Shown one piece after another: positions 17,837-24,700 of a stretch of 32,000 nt of DNA. Each line of letters begins with the position of its first letter. Position 1 is the stretch's first letter. The position numbers were made by a program, and so were the translations under genes. The stretch comes from Propionibacteriaceae bacterium (GTDB taxonomy: Bacteria; Actinomycetota; Actinomycetes; Propionibacteriales; Propionibacteriaceae). The DNA lies in NCBI GenBank assembly GCA_031256725.1, contig JAIRQE010000013.1:60001-92000 (forward strand), given 5' to 3'. The notes under the pieces are model-generated. The model saw nothing but the letters and a program-made list of their open reading frames with translations, had not been told where the DNA came from and did not search any database.

Positions 17837-19249
17837 TTAGTCTCCTTGAGGTGATTCATTGTCTGTGGGGTGGGGCAACCGTATCCGATCACCCAGTGCA
17901 GGCACGATGGCGTGGATCCCCAGTTCTGTGGTGATCCTCTCAGCGAGAAGACCTGCTCCTTCTTCGCCATGGATGCAGTACACAGTGTGAGGTTGAGGGT
18001 TGAGGGCGCGGAGCCAATCCATAAGCTCGGAAGCATCAGCATGCGCCGAGAAACCGTCATCAAGGAGGATCTCCGCATTGACGGGTATCATCTGACCGTA
18101 CATCTTGAGGGACTTGGCCCCAGTAATAAGGGAGTGTCCACGGGTACCATGAGCCTGGTACCCCGTGAAGACCACGGTATTACGAGCATCAGGAAGCATA
18201 TGTTCAAGGTGATGGACGACTCTACCTCCAGTAGCCATACCGGACGAGGAGATGATGATCGACGACTGGCTGGGTCGATTGAGGGCTATGGAATCCTCAA
18301 TGGAGGTCACTTCATGGAGGTTTGCAAGATCCACAAAGTCAATGTCTCGCAAATCTGGACGCAACTCATCTCTTTGTTCCTGGGATTGATAGATGTCCAG
18401 CGCTCTCACTCCCATGGGAGAATTGACGTAGATCGGAATATCGGGGATGCGTCCATCTGACTTCATCTCGGCAAGAGTCTTCAAGATGACTTCGGTACGA
18501 TCTACTGCGAAAGCTGGTACAAGAACAGATCCGCCGCGTTTGACTGTACGCCTAATCGCTGCAGCGAACTCCTCGTGGGGGGATTCATCCCATTCAGGAT
18601 GCTCACGGTCACCATAGGTGGATTCAATCAGAACGATAGGAGCCCCCTTGGGTGTTTCACGAGTTCTGAGGACAGGGTGGTTTCCTCGACCTAGGTCACC
18701 AGAGAAAAGGATCTCTGCTGTCGGTGTCGTCACATGGATGGAGGCTGACCCCAGAATATGGGCTGCGCGAGTATACCTCGCTGTCACACCTCCAGGTAGG
18801 TGAAGATCGGTCTCAAAGTCAACGACACGGAAAAGCTTGATAACAGCTTCAGAATCCTTGACAGTGTAGAGAGGCTCGGGGGTGCTGTGCTTCGAATAGC
18901 CCCCTTTAGCGGCGTCACGAGCATCCGCTTCTTGGATGTGTCCCGCATCAAGGAGTACGATTTCGGCGAGTGCGATCGTAGCATCGGTTGCCCAGATAGC
19001 ACCCTGAAACCCCTGCTTCACGAGCCGAGGAAGGTAGCCTGTATGATCAAGGTGGGCATGGGTCATAAGGATGCAGTCAATAGAAGCGGGATCCATGGGG
19101 AATTTCTCCCAGTTGAGTTCACGCAATTCCTTATCCCCTTGGAAGAGCCCGCAGTCTATAAGAATGCGTTGATTGCCTGTCTCCAGAAGAAACTTGGAGC
19201 CAGAAACAGCTCCTGCACCTCCGAGAAATGTCAGTGTCGTTGCAGCCAT
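17837..19249 (-). CDS. MBL-fold metallo-hydrolase with beta-CASP domain (CPSF73/Ysh1-like, predicted RNA-metabolising nuclease)
   Basis: 470 aa. HxHxDH motif ILMTHAHLDHTG and beta-CASP-type motifs LIESTYGDREH, GFSAHADASEL and VYCIHGEE. Its TAA stop is 1 nt from the deoD ATG. Confidence 0.85.
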   Translation of the reverse strand: MAATTLTFLGGAGAVSGSKFLLETGNQRILIDCGLFQGDKELRELNWEKFPMDPASIDCILMTHAHLDHTGYLPRLVKQGFQGAIWATDATIALAEIVLLDAGHIQEADARDAAKGGYSKHSTPEPLYTVKDSEAVIKLFRVVDFETDLHLPGGVTARYTRAAHILGSASIHVTTPTAEILFSGDLGRGNHPVLRTRETPKGAPIVLIESTYGDREHPEWDESPHEEFAAAIRRTVKRGGSVLVPAFAVDRTEVILKTLAEMKSDGRIPDIPIYVNSPMGVRALDIYQSQEQRDELRPDLRDIDFVDLANLHEVTSIEDSIALNRPSQSSIIISSSGMATGGRVVHHLEHMLPDARNTVVFTGYQAHGTRGHSLITGAKSLKMYGQMIPVNAEILLDDGFSAHADASELMDWLRALNPQPHTVYCIHGEEGAGLLAERITTELGIHAIVPALGDRIRLPHPTDNESPQGD

Positions 19250-19337
19250 AGGTTAACGCTAGCCCAGTTGGATGAGATTGGACAGGATTGCCCCCGCTAG
19301 ATGGACAATTATGCAGCGTGTTTCCTGGAAGGGGATA

Positions 19338-20228
19338 ATGAGTAATGAATCCCAAGGAGACCCCATGATCATTGACCTGCATACCCATTCTGCAGTTTCT
19401 GATGGTACAGATTCTGTACCTGAGCTTATTGATGCTGCTTCTGCGGCTGGGATAGGAATTCTGGCACTCACCGATCACGACACCATGGATGGGGTTGATC
19501 TCGCCCAAGACTTGGGCGCCCAAGCTGGGATAGAGGTACTACGAGGAATGGAGCTGTCCACTCACATTGATGCGGATTCAGGCATTTTCTCGGTACACCT
19601 ACTCGCTTACGGATGTCTGAGTGAGGATCCTGAGATCATTGCACTTCTTGAGGCTCTGCGTCAGGCTCGTACCTCGCGTGTTCCGAGGATGTTGGAGCAC
19701 TTGACTGACATGGGGATGCCAGTGACGATTGAGGAGGTGCAGGCCCAATCCAGTTCAGCCTCCGTGCTGGGACGTCCCCACATCGCTGATGCGATGGTTG
19801 TAAAAGGGTACGTTAAGAATAGGACCGAAGCCTTTGATGCCTATCTTAGTGATACTGGTCCAGCCTATGTACGACGGTACACTCCCAGTGTCGCAGAGGC
19901 TCTTGATATCATTGCTGGTGCAGGTGGTGTCGGTGTTCTCGCCCACCCGTGGGGGAGAGGAAACCAATCACGGCTTACCACTGCCATCATCGCTGAACTG
20001 TCTACGAATCATGGGCTTGCAGGGATCGAGGTTGACCACACAGACCATGGCGATCTGGAAAGACAGGTACTTCGTAGCATCGTCAATGATCTAGGATTAG
20101 TTGCCACGGGGTCAAGCGACTATCACGGAACCGGAAAAGCCAATAATCCGCTCGCGATCAATCGCACCACCCCAGATGCCTATGAGTTGCTCAGATCAGA
20201 AATTGAAAGAAGAGGCGGTCGACCATGA
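19338..20228 (+). CDS. PHP-domain phosphoesterase (TrpH/YciV-like)
   Basis: PHP motifs IIDLHTHSAVSDGT, LALTDHDT and GVLAHPWGRG. I prefer ATG 19338 (MSNESQ), which follows GGAAGGGGA. The ORF track starts at 19272. Confidence 0.85.
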   Translation: MSNESQGDPMIIDLHTHSAVSDGTDSVPELIDAASAAGIGILALTDHDTMDGVDLAQDLGAQAGIEVLRGMELSTHIDADSGIFSVHLLAYGCLSEDPEIIALLEALRQARTSRVPRMLEHLTDMGMPVTIEEVQAQSSSASVLGRPHIADAMVVKGYVKNRTEAFDAYLSDTGPAYVRRYTPSVAEALDIIAGAGGVGVLAHPWGRGNQSRLTTAIIAELSTNHGLAGIEVDHTDHGDLERQVLRSIVNDLGLVATGSSDYHGTGKANNPLAINRTTPDAYELLRSEIERRGGRP

Positions 20229-21304
20229 CTGAACCAGTTATAGACCAATCAGCATCCCTGGAACGTACTATGGCACGCAGTCGTGAGATTGATGTCGAAT
20301 TGGTCAAGAATCCCGCTGCCTTTAGGGTACTCACTGGTGACCGTCCAACAGGAAACCTCCATATTGGGCATTACTTCGGTTCTCTCACCAATCGTGTACG
20401 TCTTCAAGACATGGGCGTTGACTCCTGTGTTCTCGTGGCCGACTACCAGGTGATCACAGATCGCGATGGAGTGGGTCCAATCAAGGAGCGGGTCTACTCC
20501 CTCATGGCAGACTATCTTGCTGCCGGGATTGATCCCAGCCGAACGATGATCTTCATCCATTCCGCGATCCCCGCCCTCAACCAGTTGATGCTTCCCTTCC
20601 TTTCCTTGGTCACTGATGCTGAGCTGCGTAGGAATCCCACAGTCAAGGCTGAGTTGGAGGATTCTGAGAGGCCCATGTCTGGTCTTATGTTGACTTATCC
20701 TGTACATCAGGCTGCCGATATTTTGTTCTGCAAGGCCAACCTTGTACCAGTAGGCAAGGATCAGATCCCGCACATTGAGATGTGTCGTGTAATTGCCCGA
20801 CGTTTCGACGAACGTTATGGTCGTGCTGGTGACCAACCCGTCTTTCCTGAAGCAGATGCTCTGCTGTCACTTCCCACGCTGATTTTGGGTACCGACGCAA
20901 CCAAGATGTCCAAGTCTAAGGGAAATGTCATCGAATTGGGCATGACTGCTGATGAGACTGCCAAGGCACTCAAGAAGGCTGTCACCGATTCAGACCGAAA
21001 TATCACCTATGATCCGATTGCCCGCCCTGAGGTTGCAAACCTTCTTGTTATTACTGGTTTGTGCCTTGACCGAGATCCTGCATCAATCGCTGAAGAGATC
21101 GGTGATGGGGGAGCAGGTACCCTCAAAAAGGTTGTCACCGAGGCTCTGAACGAGCGTCTCAGAATCCATCGTGAGCGCCGTGCCGAGTTGGTTGCTGATC
21201 CTGGATATTTGGAGTCAATCATCCACGACGGTAATGCCCGCGCCAACGAGATTGCAGAGACCACCTTGTCCGAGGTACGTACCGCCATGAAGATGTCCTA
21301 CTGA
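20225..21304 (+). CDS. trpS: tryptophan--tRNA ligase
   Basis: 359 aa. HIGH motif TGNLHIGHY and KMSKS motif TKMSKSKGN. ATGA overlap with the PHP gene. Confidence 0.93.
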   Translation: MTEPVIDQSASLERTMARSREIDVELVKNPAAFRVLTGDRPTGNLHIGHYFGSLTNRVRLQDMGVDSCVLVADYQVITDRDGVGPIKERVYSLMADYLAAGIDPSRTMIFIHSAIPALNQLMLPFLSLVTDAELRRNPTVKAELEDSERPMSGLMLTYPVHQAADILFCKANLVPVGKDQIPHIEMCRVIARRFDERYGRAGDQPVFPEADALLSLPTLILGTDATKMSKSKGNVIELGMTADETAKALKKAVTDSDRNITYDPIARPEVANLLVITGLCLDRDPASIAEEIGDGGAGTLKKVVTEALNERLRIHRERRAELVADPGYLESIIHDGNARANEIAETTLSEVRTAMKMSY

Positions 21305-21322
21305 TCACCATCAGCGCAATGG

Positions 21323-21469
21323 TCAGGTGTCAGGGGTGGAATTATTACTCCACAGGGGACATGAGACCAAATCGCGCAGCGATTTTGTCGAAGTTAAGAG
21401 AGCCGGTGGTACGCTTGCGACCACCGAAGCGAGCGTACCCTGTGGAGCAATAATCCCACTCCTGCCTGG
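21323..21469. repeat. imperfect palindrome / long stem-loop element (30-nt arms, 74-nt structured interior)
   Basis: Arms 21331-21360 and 21435-21464 pair at 26 Watson-Crick positions plus 1 G.T out of 30. An outer CAGG/CCTG extension lies at 21324-21327 / 21465-21468. Interior hairpins: AAATCGC-GCA-GCGATTT (21369-21385) and CGGTGGT-A-CG-CTTG-CG-ACCACCG (21404-21426). Confidence 0.6.
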
Positions 21470-21475
21470 GAACCA

Positions 21476-21511
21476 TAGACTCATCCGTACATATACCGTA
21501 CAATAGTCTCA
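21476..21511 (+). promoter_or_regulatory. sigma-A-type promoter with leaderless geometry for the RHH gene
   Basis: TAGACT (21476-21481), 17-nt spacer, TACAAT (21499-21504). The A of ATG 21511 is the 7th nt after the -10 box, and no SD is present. A CCGTACA direct repeat (21485-21491 and 21495-21501) sits in the spacer and -10 region. Confidence 0.4.
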
Positions 21512-21765
21512 TGGCTCAACCACTGCGTACCCGTCGTTTTGAAACAAGACTTGATGCTGAGACCGACAACCTCATTAGTGAGGCTGCCGAAATCCTGGGG
21601 GAATCACGGTCAACCTTCGTGACTCGAGCAGCCAAGCAAGCTGCAACCAAAGTTGTTTCACCCATGGATCAGATGACACGCCGCCAAGCTTTGGCTGTAC
21701 TCACTGAAGGTATGACTGAAGCCGAGATAGCTTCATGTCCTCTCCTGAAGGTCTTGGCCTCCTAA
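21511..21765 (+). CDS. ribbon-helix-helix protein, DUF1778/TacA-like antitoxin family, no cognate toxin gene present
   Basis: 84 aa. RRFETRLDAETDNLISEAAEILGESRSTFVTRAA fits the DUF1778 N-terminal RHH pattern (R-x-x-x-R-L..E...LI..AA...G.S...FV). The size is typical of the family. Confidence 0.55.
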   Translation: MAQPLRTRRFETRLDAETDNLISEAAEILGESRSTFVTRAAKQAATKVVSPMDQMTRRQALAVLTEGMTEAEIASCPLLKVLAS

Positions 21766-24700
21766 ACGAGAACTGATTCCTCGTCGAGAATATCCTCAAT
21801 GATCTGCGGCTCATGACCCATGTGAGCAGTGGTCAAAGTCAGCTTGATTCGATTGAGTTGGTTGACCTCTGAGGCACCCGGATCATAGTCAATGGTGACC
21901 AGGTTGGCACCAGGATGCTGGCGACGAATCTCCTTGAACATCCCCTTGCCCGTGACATGGTTGGGAAGGCATGCGAAAGGCTGTACGCAGATCACATTGG
22001 GAACACCTGAGTGAATCAGTTCAACGATTTCACCAGTGAGAAGCCATCCTTCACCTGCCTGATTTCCTAGGCTGGTGACTTCTTGGGCCCTGGAAGTCAA
22101 TTCGGCCATTGACCCTGGAACAGTGAACTTCGGGGTCGAGTACCGAGCATTGACCCTCGTGAGTGCCTTGCGGATCGGGGTACGATAGGACTCCATCCAC
22201 CCTCTGACCAGGGTCTTTGCACGACGCCATTTCTTGCCTATTCCAAGGTTCTGCCAGTTCCATTCGGTGGTGTACAACCCTGTCACCATGAACTCCATGA
22301 GCCCCGGCAGGGCCGCTTCACAGCCTTCGGATTCAATGACCTCAATAACATGGTTATTGGCATCGGGGTGGAATTTCACAAGAATTTCTCCCACGATGCC
22401 AACTCGTGGTCGGCGAGGTTCATCAGTGAGTTCGAAGGCATCGAATTCATCCACAAGAGCGTGTACTAGCCCCGAATACGACAAAGACCTCCCGTAGGTG
22501 GGGGACTTTCCTGTCATCAGCCATTCACGGATGATTTGATCCCAACGATGGTAGAGATCTGTGGCTGAGTCTGGTACTAGCTCATAGGGCCGTACCCTCA
22601 AAAGAAGATCTTGAAGGAGGTCACCCAGAGCAAGTGCCCGCATCGCTTTGTGAGCCAGGGGAAGAGTGATCTTGAATCCAGGATTGGATTCGATTCCCGA
22701 GGTTGAAATGGCGATAACAGGTACCTGTGGGAAACCCGCATCCCGCAGAGCCTTACGCAGCAGAGCAGTGTAATTCGTGGCCCGACACATGCCCCCTGTT
22801 TGGGTGATCAAGGCAGAGGTGGTGTCTGGATCCACCTCACCAGATTTCAATGCTTCCACAAGTTGCCCGATAACCATGATGGCTGGGTAACATGCGTCGT
22901 TGTTCACGGTACGCAAACCCATTTCAACATCTTGGGCAGAGGCATGTTCAAGGAACTTCACCTTGTACCCAGCAGACTCAATAATTGGGATTACGAGCCG
23001 GAAATGGATGGGTGCCATCTGGGGAGCCAGAATGGTGTGGGTCTTCTTCATCTCCTTGGTGAAAGGTGCCTTCACCAAAGCATGGCTACGCTCAGGCCTA
23101 TGAATGGTACGACGCTGGTCGGCTGCTGCTGCCAGGGAACGCAGTCGGATCCTGGCGGCACCAAGGCTCGATACCTCATCGATCTTCAAGAGGGTGTAAA
23201 CCCGATTCTTGGCTTCCAGAACTTCGGCGACCTGCTCCGAGGTGATGGCATCAAGTCCGCATCCGAAAGAGTTGAGTTGTACTAGTTCGAGGTTCTCATC
23301 TTGGGTGACCACTGAGGCTGCCTCGTAGAGGCGGGAGTGATAAGCCCACTGATCTCGTACCCTCAATGGACGCTCAAGCTGGGAATCGCCAAGGATGGAA
23401 CTCTCGGTGAACACAGCCATACCGAGGCTCGTCACAAGTTCGGGGATCCCGTGGTGTACCTCAGGATCAATGTGGTAGGGCCTGCCTGCAAGGACGATTC
23501 CACGTACACCATTTTGGGCACAGTACTCGCGAGCCTCACGACCGGCTTGCTGGATATCAGCTCTGAACTGAGCATCTTCAGCGTATCCGGCTCCAACAGC
23601 AGCCTGTGCTTCCTCTTCGGTGACATTCCAGTCGGCGAAGATCTCAACAATTCTCTTCGCAAGGTGTTCTGGGTTGGCGAGGTTGACATAGGGGTTAATG
23701 AAACGTACCCCAGGTTCCTGGATTCTTTCCAGGTTGTTTTGAATCACCTGCGGATAGGAGGCGACAACAGGACAGTTATAGTTTTTGTCGGACTCCGAGA
23801 TGAGTTGCTGTTCATAGTTCACGCTGGGGTAAAAGATGGTTTTCACACCCAGATCTAGGAGATGTTCAACATGGCCATGAACCAACTTCGCTGGGTAACA
23901 GACATTCTCTGAGGCGATGGAGTGCATCCCAAGCTCAAAGAGATCATGGGAACTACGACCAGAGATCACCACACGGAACTTAAGGTGGGTAAGGATGGTG
24001 AACCATAAGGGGTAGTTCTCGTACATATTGAGGGCTCGTGGGATGCCAATGTCACCACGAACGCCATCCTTGGCGGTGAGGCGTCGATAGCCGAAGAGCC
24101 TCTTGTAGGTGTAGTCGAAGAGGTTCGGCAGGGGAGATTTCGCCTTGGTGGGGTCAGCGCCACGTTCACAGCGGTTGCCAGAGATGTGACGTTCACCATT
24201 GCCGAAGGTTGAGATCGTACACTGACATGTGTTCTGGCACAGGTTACAGTTCGTTGTCTCGGTTTCCAGATGGATCCTCTTGAGGTTCGCTACAGAAAGC
24301 ATCCGTGTCGGTGCTCCAGGGAGGAATTCCGTCTTGGCAGTCAGAGCGGCACCATAGGCTCCCATGAGACCAGCGATGTCCGGGCGTACCACTTCTCGTC
24401 CTGTGAGAAGCTCGAAGGCGCGCAGGACAGCATCGTTGAGGAAGGTACCTCCCTGAACAACGATCTTCTCACCCAATTGGCCTGGCTCTCGAAGCTTGAT
24501 CACCTTGTAGAGGGCATTGCGAATCACCGCATAACTGAGACCTGCGGCGATATCCCCAACTGTGGCGCCCTCCTTTTGTGCTTGCTTGACAGAGGAGTTC
24601 ATGAAGACCGTACAGCGGCTTCCTAAATCGACGGGAGCCTGGGACTGACATGCAGCTTCAGTGAATTCACTTATGGTGAGACCCAAGGATTCTGCAAAGG

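Noticed and set aside
17836-18078. The ORF-track N-terminal extension of deoD (81 extra codons).
   Set aside because: It overlaps the 3' end of the MBL gene in another frame. Similarity to DeoD begins exactly at MTTPHINAE (ATG 17835), which has an AAGGAG RBS.
21398-21426. A T-box-like string inside the palindrome: AGAGAGCC GGTGGTAC GC resembles the T-box core GGGTGGTACCGCG and an AGAGA box.
   Set aside because: It lies downstream of trpS rather than upstream, and the next gene is not aminoacylation-related. Only about 9 of 13 specified consensus positions match, and no Stem I or specifier loop is visible. The UGGU is base-paired in a stable hairpin rather than sitting in an antiterminator bulge. 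An 8-mer match is expected about once by chance in 64 kb of two-strand sequence.
21361-21453. A 30-codon ORF inside the palindrome encoding a very basic peptide (MRPNRAAILSKLREPVVRLRPPKRAYPVEQ).
   Set aside because: The only SD-like string (AGGGG) ends 2 nt from the ATG, and the start is buried in the basal stem. I recognise no resemblance to known small ribosomal proteins or toxins. It is worth revisiting only if ribosome profiling shows occupancy.
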